Assembly: GCA_964644035.1 (NCBI GenBank)
Contig: CAZXUH010000001.1
Span: 259,712-323,711, forward strand
DNA length: 64,000 nucleotides
Direction: 5' to 3'
DNA from: an uncultured Candidatus Saccharibacteria bacterium
GTDB taxonomy: Bacteria > Patescibacteriota > Minisyncoccia > Phycocordibacterales > DAORIS01
A model generated the notes under the pieces. The model had not been told where the DNA came from. It was given only the letters and a program-made list of their open reading frames with translations, and did not search any database. How positions within the stretch are numbered: position 1 is the stretch's first letter; every line of letters starts with the position of its first letter. A program made the translations under genes and the position numbers. Positions 1 through 10,363 of this stretch are shown one piece after another.

Positions 1-740
1 TTGGAGGTTTTGTGGGACTTATCGATGATTTATTGGAAATCAAAAAGGGAGCGGGGGGACTATCTTTGAAAAAGCGCCTGCTTGTCGTCGGCGCACTTGG
101 ACTTGTCTGGGGATGGTGGTTTTATACCAAGCTCGGTGTCACCAGCATTGGTATTCCTTTTAGTGACGACTTATTTATCGGTGTAGGAATTATTCCTCTT
201 TTTGCTCTGGTAATGATTGGCTTGTATTCAGGTGGAGTGATCGATGGTATCGATGGTTTGGCGGGAGGAATATTTGCCACCATGTTTACTGCATATGCTG
301 GTATTGCCTTTTTCCAAAATCAAATCAATCTCGCTGCATTTTGCGCAACCGTCGCTGGAGGTATTTTGGCATTTCTTTGGTTCAATATTCCTCCGGCGCG
401 CTTTTACATGACCGAAACCGGCAGTATGGCACTGACTATGACCCTGGCAGTAGTGGCATTTATGACCGATGCAATCGTAAAGACCAATAGTACGTCGGTC
501 CGCGGAGGATATGGTTTGCTCGTGCTACCGATTATTGGTTTGCCACTGATTGCAACTGCCGCTTCAAATATTTTACAAATACTTTCAAAAAGATTTAGGA
601 AAAAGAAATTGCTCCGCATTGCTCCACTACATCATCACTTTGAAGCACTTGGCTGGCCTGCATACAAAGTGACCATGCGATATTGGATTATTGGCGTGGT
701 CGCGGCAATTCTTGGTTTAACCCTCGCAGTAGTCGGCTAA
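1..740 (+). CDS. mraY: Phospho-N-acetylmuramoyl-pentapeptide transferase MraY, C-terminal part (gene starts before the window).
   Basis: Polytopic membrane protein with the MraY C-terminal motifs 'FYMTETGSMALT' and 'APLHHHFE'. It sits immediately upstream of ftsW and murG. Confidence 0.8.
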   Translation, partial: GGFVGLIDDLLEIKKGAGGLSLKKRLLVVGALGLVWGWWFYTKLGVTSIGIPFSDDLFIGVGIIPLFALVMIGLYSGGVIDGIDGLAGGIFATMFTAYAGIAFFQNQINLAAFCATVAGGILAFLWFNIPPARFYMTETGSMALTMTLAVVAFMTDAIVKTNSTSVRGGYGLLVLPIIGLPLIATAASNILQILSKRFRKKKLLRIAPLHHHFEALGWPAYKVTMRYWIIGVVAAILGLTLAVVG

Positions 741-744
741 CTAT

Positions 745-1836
745 ATGATAAAAGGCAAGACCATAGATCGCAGACTTCTCTTTATCGTACTCATACTTGT
801 CGTAGTAGGGTATATTATTTTCTCGTCGGCATCTTTGGGTAGATTGGCTCGAGAAGAATCACTCTATGCATCATTGGCATTCAAACAAGCCATCATTGGC
901 ATTGTCGGCGGAGGATTGGCCATGCTTACCTTGGCCAATATTCCTTACAAATATCTACGTAGGTTTGCATTGCCACTCTTATTGGGCGGAATAGGTATCA
1001 ACCTTCTTATTTTTATTCCAGGACTTTCACAATCATACGGTGGAGCGTCACGATGGCTTTCGATTGGAGGCTTTTCATTTCAACCTTCGGAAATTCTCAA
1101 GCTCGTAGCGGTTATTTATTATGCAGCGTGGCTTTCGGGGAGAATCAAAGACATACAGACGTTTGAAAACGGATTCATTCCTCTAGCACTTATTTCCGGC
1201 CTGATCGAAGGTTTGCTTTTACTCCAACACGATACCGATCCAATCATTATTTTGGCATTTATTGGTATGTTCTTTATTTCAGGCGGCAAATGGCGACATA
1301 TAGGATTGTTGATGCTTGTCGGACTTGTCGGTTTGGCTGGACTGGCATTTTATCGGCCATATATTCAGCAACGTATATTATCGTTTGTTGATCCATCGAG
1401 AGATGCTCAGGGTTCGAGCTATCAACTTCAACAAGCACTGATTGCCGTCGGTACGGGAGGATTCTTTGGTAGAGGCTATGGACAGAGTATACAGAAGTTC
1501 AATTATCTTCCTGAAGCAATCGGCGACTCGATATTTGCTGTCGAGGCAGAGGAGTTTGGTTTTGCCGGATCAGTCATACTTATCACGCTCTTCTTACTTT
1601 TTGCATTACAAGCGCTTAAGATTGCTTCCAACACTACTGATGTTTTTGGATCAAATCTGGTTATCGGTTTTGTCATTATTATGATCGGGCAATCCTTTAT
1701 GAATATTGGAGCGATGCTCGGAATATTGCCCCTGACAGGCGTACCACTGCTGTTTGTCTCACAGGGTGGTACTTCGATGCTTGTCGGCTTGGCCGAGGTG
1801 GGTATTATCCTGAGCGTTTCGAGATTTAAAAAGTAG
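745..1836 (+). CDS. ftsW: SEDS-family lipid II flippase/peptidoglycan polymerase, FtsW/RodA.
   Basis: About 10 transmembrane segments with the conserved FtsW/RodA C-terminal region 'GGTSMLV'. Lies in the dcw context between mraY and murG. Confidence 0.8.
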   Translation: MIKGKTIDRRLLFIVLILVVVGYIIFSSASLGRLAREESLYASLAFKQAIIGIVGGGLAMLTLANIPYKYLRRFALPLLLGGIGINLLIFIPGLSQSYGGASRWLSIGGFSFQPSEILKLVAVIYYAAWLSGRIKDIQTFENGFIPLALISGLIEGLLLLQHDTDPIIILAFIGMFFISGGKWRHIGLLMLVGLVGLAGLAFYRPYIQQRILSFVDPSRDAQGSSYQLQQALIAVGTGGFFGRGYGQSIQKFNYLPEAIGDSIFAVEAEEFGFAGSVILITLFLLFALQALKIASNTTDVFGSNLVIGFVIIMIGQSFMNIGAMLGILPLTGVPLLFVSQGGTSMLVGLAEVGIILSVSRFKK

Positions 1837-1850
1837 GTTATAATTTACTT

Positions 1851-2975
1851 ATGAAAATCCTTTTCACGGGCGGCGGTACTGGCGGACATTTCTATCCTAT
1901 TATTGCAGTCGCAGAAGAGGTCAATCGCATTGCTCAAGAGAAAAAACTTCTCAAGCCAGAACTCTATTTTATGGCTCCAAAGCCATATGATGAAAATGTC
2001 TTGTTTGAAAACAATATCAATTTCATACCTGTCACTTCGGGCAAGGTTCGCAGATATTTCTCATTGCTCAATATCATTGATGCGATAAAGATGCCTTTTG
2101 GGGTCATAGGAGCCTTTTGGAAGCTTCTTTTGCTCTATCCTGACGTGATCTTCAGCAAAGGTGGCTATGGCAGTTTTCCCACGCTTTTTGCAGCTCGATT
2201 TTTGCGTATTCCAATCATTATTCATGAATCAGACACTGTCCCAGGCAAGGTCAATGCATGGTCAGGAAGATTTGCATATCGAGTCGCGCTTTCGTATCCA
2301 GAAACTGCAGAGTATTTTAAGAAACGACCTATCGCAGTAGTCGGCAATCCTATTAGAAGGGAAGTACTGATCGCGCCTCGTGAGACAAGCAGGGAATATT
2401 TTGGCTTCGATGGCTCGACTCCTGTCGTACTTATTCTGGGTGGTTCTCAAGGTTCAAAAATAATCAATGAATCGGTTCTCGACATTTTGCCTGAACTAGT
2501 AAAAAAATATTATGTCATTCATCAGACAGGCTCGCAGAATATAGAAGAGATCAAACGTACGGCTGGAGTAGTGCTCAGTGAGAGCGAAAACAGCGATCGA
2601 TATCGTCCATACGATACGCTCAAGCCGCTCGATCTCAAGATGGCGGCCGGGGCAGCGCATATTGTCGTTTCAAGAGCTGGCTCAACCATTTTCGAAATCG
2701 CCCTTTGGAGTCTTCCAAGTATTTTGATACCGATTACCGAATCCAATGGCAATCATCAACGTACCAATGCCTATACCTACGCTCACACCGGTGCATGCAA
2801 GGTGATAGAGGAGAACAATTTGAAGCCTCACGTACTACTTGCAGAAATAGATCATATCCTCGGTGACAACACACTCAAAGAAAAAATGATTGCTGGTGCA
2901 AAAACATTTGCTAAGCCCGATGCAGCCAAACAGATTGCTGAACAACTCGTCGCAGTTGGCCTCAGCCACGAATAG
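1851..2975 (+). CDS. murG: UDP-GlcNAc:undecaprenyl-PP-MurNAc-pentapeptide GlcNAc transferase MurG.
   Basis: N-terminal 'ILFTGGGTGGHFYPIIAV' motif and a GT28 fold; follows ftsW. Confidence 0.85.
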   Translation: MKILFTGGGTGGHFYPIIAVAEEVNRIAQEKKLLKPELYFMAPKPYDENVLFENNINFIPVTSGKVRRYFSLLNIIDAIKMPFGVIGAFWKLLLLYPDVIFSKGGYGSFPTLFAARFLRIPIIIHESDTVPGKVNAWSGRFAYRVALSYPETAEYFKKRPIAVVGNPIRREVLIAPRETSREYFGFDGSTPVVLILGGSQGSKIINESVLDILPELVKKYYVIHQTGSQNIEEIKRTAGVVLSESENSDRYRPYDTLKPLDLKMAAGAAHIVVSRAGSTIFEIALWSLPSILIPITESNGNHQRTNAYTYAHTGACKVIEENNLKPHVLLAEIDHILGDNTLKEKMIAGAKTFAKPDAAKQIAEQLVAVGLSHE

Positions 2976-3212
2976 AATAGTTGACCACACCCACATTTCT
3001 ATTTCATAACTATTTTTAATGCTTGCATGGTTTTGCTGAGTTGATATTATGTACATGTATCCGATGTTCGACAGAGTCAGCAAACGATACCTCCGACTTC
3101 GGTCGGTGTGAAGACCCTTCAGGTAATTATTCTTTCGAGAATTATTACCACAAGGGTCTTTTTTTATGCCACATTTTAGCTGCGTCTCCTTTAATATTTT
3201 TGATATAATACA

Positions 3213-4538
3213 TTGATGCCAGCAAAGGTAGTTACGCGATTCGCACCAAGCCCTACGGGGCTTTTGCATGTAGGTTCAGTCCGAACTATGCTTTTCAGCT
3301 ATCTCTATGCCAAGCAGCAGGGTGGGAAATTCCTATTGCGCATCGAAGACACCGACAAAGAGCGTTCATCCAAAGAACACGAGCAATACATATTTGAAAG
3401 TATGAAGTGGCTTGGTATCGAAGCCGATGAAACGTTTATTCAATCAGAAAATGTAGCTTCGCATAAAAAAGCTCTACAGAAACTCATCGACAGCGGCCAT
3501 GCCTATATTTCTAAAGAAACTCCAAAAGAAGAAGGTCAAAGAAGCGAGGTCATACGTTTCAAAAATCCAAACAAAGAAATAACCTTTAGAGATGAAGTCA
3601 GAGGTGATATTACATTTGATACGACGGATCTCAAAGACTTTGTTATAGCTAAAACTCTTGAAGAGCCGCTGTACCACATGGCCGTAGTTGTCGACGATAT
3701 CGATGAAGGAGTAACACATGTAATACGAGGAGAAGACCATATTTCCAATACGCCTCGCCAGATCCTTATTATCGAGGCTCTTGGCGCCACACGACCCATA
3801 TATGCCCATTTACCCCTTATTTTAGCGCCAGATAAGACCAAACTCTCCAAGCGCAAGCATGCCGAGCTCGTAGCTACGCTTTCATATAGAGACAAAGGCT
3901 TTCTCCCAGAAGCCCTTATCAATTTCTTAGCACTTTTGGGTTGGAATCCTGGCACTGACAAAGAGATCTTTAGTATGGATGAATTGATCAAAGAATTTAC
4001 TCTACAGAAAATCCAGAAAGCTGGAGCAGTCTTCAATGTAGAGAAACTTCGTTGGATGAATAAAGAATACATCAAACTCATACCCGAAAAAGAAATACAG
4101 AACCTGATCGAAGAAAAATTCGGTCAGAAAAAAATCAATCCCAAAATTCTTTCTCTTATCAAAGAGAGAATTGAAATACTTTCTGACATAGATACTATGA
4201 AAACCTCAGGAGAATTTTCATATTTCTTCGAAAAACCTGCATATGATGCTGGCAAATTTATTTGGAAAGACAGTACCACTGACCAAACAATCACTCGACT
4301 CGAAAAACTTTCAGAAATATTGAATGATCAGAAAGATTTTGATGCTGGAGCAATCAAAGAAGCAATTTGGCCTTATGCCGAGAGCGAGGGGAGAGGAGGA
4401 GTGCTCTGGCCACTTCGATATGCGCTATCAGGCAAAGATAAATCGGCCGATCCCTTTACCCTTGCAGATATTTTGGGAAAAGAAGAGAGTTTAGAAAGAA
4501 TTAAAGGGGGAATTGCCTTCCTAAAAAATCATGCGTAG
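3213..4538 (+). CDS. gltX: Glutamyl-tRNA synthetase.
   Basis: Class I aaRS HIGH-type motif 'PSPTGLLHVG' and KMSKS-type 'KLSKR'. An upstream extended -10 (TGaTATAAT) lies at about 3193–3202. Confidence 0.85.
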   Translation: MMPAKVVTRFAPSPTGLLHVGSVRTMLFSYLYAKQQGGKFLLRIEDTDKERSSKEHEQYIFESMKWLGIEADETFIQSENVASHKKALQKLIDSGHAYISKETPKEEGQRSEVIRFKNPNKEITFRDEVRGDITFDTTDLKDFVIAKTLEEPLYHMAVVVDDIDEGVTHVIRGEDHISNTPRQILIIEALGATRPIYAHLPLILAPDKTKLSKRKHAELVATLSYRDKGFLPEALINFLALLGWNPGTDKEIFSMDELIKEFTLQKIQKAGAVFNVEKLRWMNKEYIKLIPEKEIQNLIEEKFGQKKINPKILSLIKERIEILSDIDTMKTSGEFSYFFEKPAYDAGKFIWKDSTTDQTITRLEKLSEILNDQKDFDAGAIKEAIWPYAESEGRGGVLWPLRYALSGKDKSADPFTLADILGKEESLERIKGGIAFLKNHA

Positions 4539-5811
4539 TACGTCCAGAAATTTTCTTTTATTTAGTTTAATACTGTGCGCAGGCATGCTTATAAATGCAC
4601 GCACCAATGCAGCTACTATCGACGAACTCAAACAGAAAATCGAAGAAAGAAACCTCATTATCAAGCAGCTCGATGCCGAGATTAGCCAGTATCAAACCCA
4701 AATTGGCGAAACAAGTAAAAAAGCTCAAACGCTTCAAAATACCCTCAATACGCTCAATGCTTCTATTAAAAAACTCGGTGCAGAGCTTTCTAAAACAGAA
4801 AACAATCTCGTAAAAACAACATACACCATTACGGCTCTTGATACAGAAATCGATCAGAAAGAAGAGAATATTGATACACGAAAAGAAGCTCTCAAAACGC
4901 TTATCAAGCGACGTTCTCAAGAAGAAGATATGTCAATGATACAGTCTATGCTCATGTACAAAACACTCAGCGAAGCCTGGAACTATCTGAGCGAATCATG
5001 GATGATACAAGATTCTATCAATGACAACCTCGAAGATATTAGGGATACAAAAGATAAACTCGAGACAGATAAAATATCCAGAGAAACTCAGAAGAAACAG
5101 CTTGAGACGTATAAATCTACACTCAATGACCAGAAAAAACTTGTTGAAATAAGTCAGAAAGATCAGAACAATCTTTTGAAAGCGACAAAAAATACTGAAG
5201 CAACGTATAAAAAAGAATTGGCAGCTCGTCAGGCAAAAAAAGAAGCCTTTGAAAAAGAATTACGACAGTTTGAATCGGACCTTAGTATCGCCATCGATCC
5301 AAGCAAGATTCCTACTTTCGGTGGTGGACTTTTGTCTTGGCCACTTGAAAAACGCACAATTACGCAAACATTCGGTGACACGGAATTCTCTCGTACACAC
5401 GCTCAAGCCTATAGTGGAAAAGGTCACAATGGTATTGATATAGCCAGCCCTGTCGGCTCACCAATCATGTCAGCTGCCGAAGGTACAGTGATAGGAGCAG
5501 GAGACACTGATACAGCCTGTCCTGGGGCTTCCTACGGCAAATGGGTGCTTATACAGCACCCTAATGGCCTTTCAACGCTCTATGCCCACCTGTCCCTTAT
5601 AAAAGTCTCTCAAGGTCAGACTGTAGCACGTGGCGAACTCCTTGGATATATAGGTATGACAGGATATACAACAGGTCCACACCTCCACTTCACCGTCTAT
5701 GCATCTGAAGGTGTCAAAGTCCTCAGCAGAAAAAGTATAGCCTGCGGCTCGACGTACACCATGCCGATTGCCGATCTTAAAGCATATCTCAATCCACTCT
5801 TGTATTTGTAA
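4531..5811 (+). CDS. M23 (LytM) peptidase with an N-terminal signal peptide and a long coiled coil (EnvC-like murein hydrolase activator/hydrolase).
   Basis: Coiled-coil N-terminal half. The C-terminus carries 'HNGIDIA', 'HLHF' and the 'GYIGMTGYTTGPHLHF' M23 signature. Confidence 0.75.
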   Translation: MRSTSRNFLLFSLILCAGMLINARTNAATIDELKQKIEERNLIIKQLDAEISQYQTQIGETSKKAQTLQNTLNTLNASIKKLGAELSKTENNLVKTTYTITALDTEIDQKEENIDTRKEALKTLIKRRSQEEDMSMIQSMLMYKTLSEAWNYLSESWMIQDSINDNLEDIRDTKDKLETDKISRETQKKQLETYKSTLNDQKKLVEISQKDQNNLLKATKNTEATYKKELAARQAKKEAFEKELRQFESDLSIAIDPSKIPTFGGGLLSWPLEKRTITQTFGDTEFSRTHAQAYSGKGHNGIDIASPVGSPIMSAAEGTVIGAGDTDTACPGASYGKWVLIQHPNGLSTLYAHLSLIKVSQGQTVARGELLGYIGMTGYTTGPHLHFTVYASEGVKVLSRKSIACGSTYTMPIADLKAYLNPLLYL

Positions 5812-5983
5812 ATTTATTTAAAATATATCTGGAAAACTTTTAAAAATATTTCTTTTCACGGTGTTATAATTAATAAATGATTAGAGGAATTTTACTCACC
5901 ATTTTTGTACTTGCAGTTCTTAGCTATTTTGGCTTCGATCTCAATGTTGTAGTTCACAAAGTAGTAGCTTACGCGATAGACGC

Positions 5984-7315
5984 ATGGAACGCCCTCAGAC
6001 AATCATTCGCCGCATAGCAATACGTGCGAGCTTCGCACTCGTATTTACATACATGCTGGCATGTAGTTCTGTTTCTGCACAAACAGCTTTTCATGGACTC
6101 ATCTATCAGTACACGCAAAACATCATTGCACCCAACAATAGTAGTGTGGGAACTAGCACACCGATATATTCCGGTATTCGTATTACCTATGATATAGCTT
6201 CACACACCTTCAGTGGCGGTATTAGAATCGTCGACGATCTAGGCAATGCTGCTCCTGCAGTATCTATTACATATCCAAACAGCAATGAATGGTCTTCGGC
6301 ACCCATTATCGATCGTTTTAGAGTGGTAGGGAAAGATATTATGGTCGTCGATATGGGTCTCAATACATCCAGACACTCGACAATTGATATAGATATCAAT
6401 GAAGACAGCGGCGAAGGTATTCTTTCTGCATTTAGCACTGCTGAATACTATGGAATAGAATTTAGCACCTGGGATGTACTCGGACGAGATATCACTGTCT
6501 ATAAAAATACTGATACCGGCAATGGCACGTTCTCCAATACAACCATTGAATATCCTGAGAGTCGTAATCGATACGTCATGTTGGTCCTTAAGAGCGATAT
6601 GGAAAAATCATTTACCATAGCCAAGGCGTATAAAAAGAATCCCGACTATACCGACAGCCGAGAGCAGTTTTATGCCGAGGCTGAGATCGAAGAAAAAGAC
6701 AATAAAACAGTCATCACGATCGATACCAAGTCCAACTTCATCACGCACAATCGCGTCGATATAATCATGTACAACGAATCAATCATGACATCGGCAACTA
6801 TAGAGACCAGCACCGACAACAATCGCTGGGTCAATCGCGGCAATGACAATATCTACCATTTTCTTCAAGGTAAAAAAGAAATCACCAAAACATGGATTGG
6901 TTATAAGGAAAATAAAGATCGCTTTATAAAGATCACTATTCCTGAAAAGAAACTCCTCATGCACAAGCTTATATTGGTAAGTGGTACGGCAGAATTCCTG
7001 ACATTTAACTATGATCAAAACAGAAAGTACACACTTTTTTATGGCAATGAATTGGCAGCTGGCCAAGAGTGGGGAACAGGGGACAATACCCTCTCCTCTA
7101 CTACAAAATCTGCACAAGAGACCTTCGATTCTATGACCGAACTCAAAGTAGGTATCAGAGAAGACAATCCGAAGTACATTTCATTTACGCAAGATCAAAC
7201 CACGCCATTTGGACTCAATATAGACTATCGATATTTCAATTATGTCGAAACGGTCATTATAAGCATGATTGCACTTGCGGTACTGGCCGGAATATTAAAA
7301 ATCATTAGGTTATGA
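5984..7315 (+). CDS. Hypothetical secreted protein with a C-terminal membrane anchor.
   Basis: N-terminal signal-like hydrophobic segment and a C-terminal TM helix. No recognisable catalytic motif. An upstream extended -10 'TGTTATAATTAATA' lies at about 5866–5880. Confidence 0.4.
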   Translation: MERPQTIIRRIAIRASFALVFTYMLACSSVSAQTAFHGLIYQYTQNIIAPNNSSVGTSTPIYSGIRITYDIASHTFSGGIRIVDDLGNAAPAVSITYPNSNEWSSAPIIDRFRVVGKDIMVVDMGLNTSRHSTIDIDINEDSGEGILSAFSTAEYYGIEFSTWDVLGRDITVYKNTDTGNGTFSNTTIEYPESRNRYVMLVLKSDMEKSFTIAKAYKKNPDYTDSREQFYAEAEIEEKDNKTVITIDTKSNFITHNRVDIIMYNESIMTSATIETSTDNNRWVNRGNDNIYHFLQGKKEITKTWIGYKENKDRFIKITIPEKKLLMHKLILVSGTAEFLTFNYDQNRKYTLFYGNELAAGQEWGTGDNTLSSTTKSAQETFDSMTELKVGIREDNPKYISFTQDQTTPFGLNIDYRYFNYVETVIISMIALAVLAGILKIIRL

Positions 7316-7400
7316 GATCTGGAGAAATAAAATTTATTCTGAATACTTTTATAGTCAATAAAAACCCTACAGGTGTAGGGACTTCAATATTTTAAAGGAT

Positions 7401-7622
7401 ATGGTATACGCACCCAAGGAGCATAGGAACCAATCACTTGTACAGTTGCGCGTTAAAAACCCAAAGAAATGGACATGGGGCAAACTCGGCGAGCACTTTG
7501 CAGTACATAGATCAGTAGCTAAGCAGATATTTGAGAGAGACATGGAAAAGTTTGCCAACGAATACGAGATAGAGGCGTATGAATTGAAAACAAAGAAGTA
7601 TAAAGCTGCACGTAAAGAATAA
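7401..7622 (+). CDS. Hypothetical small basic protein, possibly HTH.
   Basis: 73-aa ORF just outside the left prophage boundary with no recognisable family. Confidence 0.2.
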   Translation: MVYAPKEHRNQSLVQLRVKNPKKWTWGKLGEHFAVHRSVAKQIFERDMEKFANEYEIEAYELKTKKYKAARKE

Positions 7623-7722
7623 AACTATTGCATAGGGAAGAGTATAAAGAGAAATAAAATATTTTGAGCGGCTCATAGGGCGTTCTTCATGCCTTTATTA
7701 GGCATATAGAGTCGTAAAAGAT

Positions 7723-7800
7723 ATATTGTGCGACGTTCTAAGGTCTTTTAAAAATGTGGAGTTATCCACACCCTACCCTACAACACCATACAACAAATCT
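7723..7800. repeat. Left copy of an imperfect direct repeat flanking the prophage (attL candidate).
   Basis: ATATTGTGCGAC (7723–7734) and AGTTATCCACA (7760–7770), plus a weaker ACACCA..CAAATC block. They recur with the same spacing at 48003–48080. Confidence 0.5.
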
Positions 7801-7906
7801 TTTGGCAATAACCCGACAGGTCAAACGATATTCAACAAACTTTCTTTCTGAATTAATTATATCGTTTGTGTTACATCAAGCAACAAACTTATCCCCACCT
7901 CCCCCA

Positions 7907-8770
7907 CTAGAGGGTGTACTTCTTCAAGACAGACAATGCTTCATTCCTATTCAACTTAATGTATTGGAACGCCGCACGTGGATTTTCTTCTGAATGTCCT
8001 AGTACAACCTGTAATTCTTTCACATCTGCACCATTCGCTAACATGGTGTGAGCTTTATAATGTCTGAAACTATGTGGTGTAAGCCTAGACAGTATACCGG
8101 CCTTTTTTCTCAATATCTCAATCCACCTTTCAACCGATCGTGGCGTGATTCTTTTTTTAATCCTGTAACTAATGAGAAGCGGATTCGTCTTTGTCAGGTT
8201 TTGCCTGATCTCAAGATATTTCAACAACATCTCATGTGTCTCTTTCCCCCACATTACATACCTCTCACTTCCATTTTTTTTCGTAACGACAACGCAATAA
8301 TTTTTGTCCTTATGAATATCGGAAATATTCAAGTCTGTGAGTTCGGAAACTCTCATGCCAGTATCTTTCATCATGTACAACGAAAGTTTTTTTAGAAGAT
8401 CATCATATGTCCAATCGTTAAGATATTTACACATTCTGTTTATATGATCTTCTTCTGCTACCGGCATTTTCTTTGGAAGGAACTTTGGAACCTTAATCAT
8501 GAAAGGATCGATCACTGTCTCCCCTTCTGACTTAAGGAACTTTATGAAGTCTCTGACAATGGTCACAATATACGAGACGTTTGACGGGGCGTACTTCGTG
8601 CGGATGCCGACTTGAAACTCCGACAGATTTGATAACCTTAGTTTTGCGACCTGAATGTCGCCAAAGTACTCTACGAGCTTTTTCAAGTTCGGTCGATACG
8701 AGTATGCTGCACGATTTGTATGGGCTGATTTCCATGTCAGATACTTCTCTATTGCGACAGTTAGTTGCAT
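7907..8770 (-). CDS. int: Phage tyrosine integrase/recombinase.
   Basis: C-terminal catalytic region 'HSFRHYKAHTMLANGADVKELQVVLGHSEENPRAAFQYIKL' carries the H-x-x-R, LGHS and catalytic Tyr pattern. It is adjacent to the left boundary repeat. Confidence 0.85.
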   Translation of the reverse strand: MQLTVAIEKYLTWKSAHTNRAAYSYRPNLKKLVEYFGDIQVAKLRLSNLSEFQVGIRTKYAPSNVSYIVTIVRDFIKFLKSEGETVIDPFMIKVPKFLPKKMPVAEEDHINRMCKYLNDWTYDDLLKKLSLYMMKDTGMRVSELTDLNISDIHKDKNYCVVVTKKNGSERYVMWGKETHEMLLKYLEIRQNLTKTNPLLISYRIKKRITPRSVERWIEILRKKAGILSRLTPHSFRHYKAHTMLANGADVKELQVVLGHSEENPRAAFQYIKLNRNEALSVLKKYTL

Positions 8771-8781
8771 CAGAGTAGTAT

Positions 8782-8809
8782 ACTTTATTGGGTGAACGTT
8801 CGTTCACTT
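8782..8809. promoter_or_regulatory. Perfect inverted repeat GTGAACGTTCGTTCAC plus a third CGTTCAC half-site, 12–40 nt upstream of the integrase start; operator-like.
   Basis: Palindrome read directly from the sequence; it sits over the int RBS/promoter region. Confidence 0.4.
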
Positions 8810-9090
8810 TTCCGTTCACCGGATTGTGGATAAGTACGACCTATAGCACAAAATCCCAAGGTTCTTAGGACTTGGGATGATAACCGATTAGTTATCTTAC
8901 GACTTGTGTCGCTTCTGGCATAGAGCCAGTGCGTAAACACATTATACACCTCACAGTTTTTCTATTATAGTGTCCCTGTGGGTGAATAATATGCTACGCA
9001 TCCCCATTGCTAAGAACGGCTTTTCAGCCTCAATGGAATATGTGTACAGGATATATCTATCACAGGCTAATTTTCCTGTCAATAGACTTC

Positions 9091-9471
9091 CTAACCCCAG
9101 CAAGGTTTGCTGGCATTCCAAGGTTTTGTTCCCTGCGATTCGTAAAGAATCTTTGCGTATTTAAGATTGTCATTGAGTTGTTCAATGTTCAATCCCATTT
9201 TTGTTGCAGAATCAAGGTGATACCTTTTGTTGATCTGCATGACACCAGTGTCATCAGGGTCTACTCTACCCTGTAACACGTTGCCATTTTTATCATACTG
9301 TCTGAATTGTGATTCACACCATGCGATTTCAGAAAGAATGGGAGTATCTTTATAATACTCCCTCACCCTTTCTTCCGTAGTCATTTCTTTTTTTGCGGGA
9401 GCGACTACGTAAGCCCCTTGGCTTGGTTCGGTTGATTCTGGTCCGCCAATAAGGCAGAACAGACCTAACAA
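9091..9471 (-). CDS. Small secreted lysozyme-like/transglycosylase-like protein (prophage copy).
   Basis: Signal peptide; 'CES..FR..DKNGNV..G.VD..DTGVMQIN.RYH' resembles the E-S...G-[LV]-M-Q lytic transglycosylase/Rpf-like catalytic region. It is about 65% identical to the chromosomal paralog at 48276–48755. Confidence 0.5.
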   Translation of the reverse strand: MLGLFCLIGGPESTEPSQGAYVVAPAKKEMTTEERVREYYKDTPILSEIAWCESQFRQYDKNGNVLQGRVDPDDTGVMQINKRYHLDSATKMGLNIEQLNDNLKYAKILYESQGTKPWNASKPCWG

Positions 9472-9586
9472 GCAAATGATAATCTGTTTTATACCTGTAA
9501 CTTAGGGAGTACGGAATATTCTCAGCTCTGTAATCCTCGTAGCGACACTACGGGGCAAGCTCTTGCAATGCAGTATAACCCGTTCG

Positions 9587-9802
9587 TTATTCAGCTCTGA
9601 AATACTTGTCCAAAGCAAGGAGTCCACCAGTGATACCAGCAGCTACACCCAAAACACCGAGTGTATTGAGGTTAGTAAAAAGGGATTGCCAAGTTGTTGA
9701 AGTCGTAAGTACGAGCGTCGATGTTGCACCGACAAAAGCCGCACCAAAACCTCTGACAAACCTTAATACCAGACTCTTTACCAAACTGTAATCATTGTTC
9801 AT
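9587..9802 (-). CDS. Small two-TM membrane protein (holin-like).
   Basis: 71 aa with two hydrophobic helices and a charged C-terminus, located in the lysis-proximal region. Confidence 0.3.
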   Translation of the reverse strand: MNNDYSLVKSLVLRFVRGFGAAFVGATSTLVLTTSTTWQSLFTNLNTLGVLGVAAGITGGLLALDKYFRAE

Positions 9803-9976
9803 ATACTTTCTTAATTAACTTATAACTGCCCATTCGGGCTTTAGCTTTTAACAAAGGAAGTTAGAAGAATCACCAACTAACTTCCTTCTATGACGGTCAT
9901 TTGCAATGTGACCGTAACAGCGTGGTGTACCACGATACCAAGTTGATTAGACTTGGAAAGATAGGAGATCACCTCC

Positions 9977-10201
9977 TTAGTGTAGTTGCCCTGCGCAACC
10001 TTGCAGGCAATATTCCTTGACCCAATCAGGAAGTGCCTTGTAGCCTTCCCGATGCCATAGACGGTTTAATGCAGCCGCCCGATCTGCGGGATTTGGGAAT
10101 CCCTGACCTCTTGAGGCTTCATAGAACACCTGTTCGATGTACTTGAAGCCAAGACGTTTTGCACAGTCTGTGACTGTGTCTTGGACGATGTCTGGGAGCA
10201 A
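9977..10201 (-). CDS. Hypothetical protein.
   Basis: 74-aa ORF with balanced composition; an overlapping alternative-frame ORF (10066–10281) was judged less likely. Confidence 0.2.
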   Translation of the reverse strand: MLPDIVQDTVTDCAKRLGFKYIEQVFYEASRGQGFPNPADRAAALNRLWHREGYKALPDWVKEYCLQGCAGQLH

Positions 10202-10363
10202 GTTCCACCTCCAAAGGCGTTAGCCCTGTAAGAAGATGACTGTCGAGCAACGTATCTACGAGATACGTCAATCTTATTCATGTGACCTCCTAAAAAAGAA
10301 CTATCTACTTGTGAACGTCACAAGCAGGGTATAAGGGAATGGCGGCATTCCCCTACTCTCTGC

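Noticed and set aside
3474-4081. Minus-strand ORFs of 111 and 181 aa inside gltX.
   Set aside because: Fully embedded antisense to a well-supported aaRS gene; typical spurious ORFs.
10066-10281. 71-aa minus-strand ORF overlapping 9977–10201 in another frame.
   Set aside because: Ser/Thr/Gln-rich low-complexity composition; the overlapping 74-aa ORF looks more protein-like, and at most one can be real.
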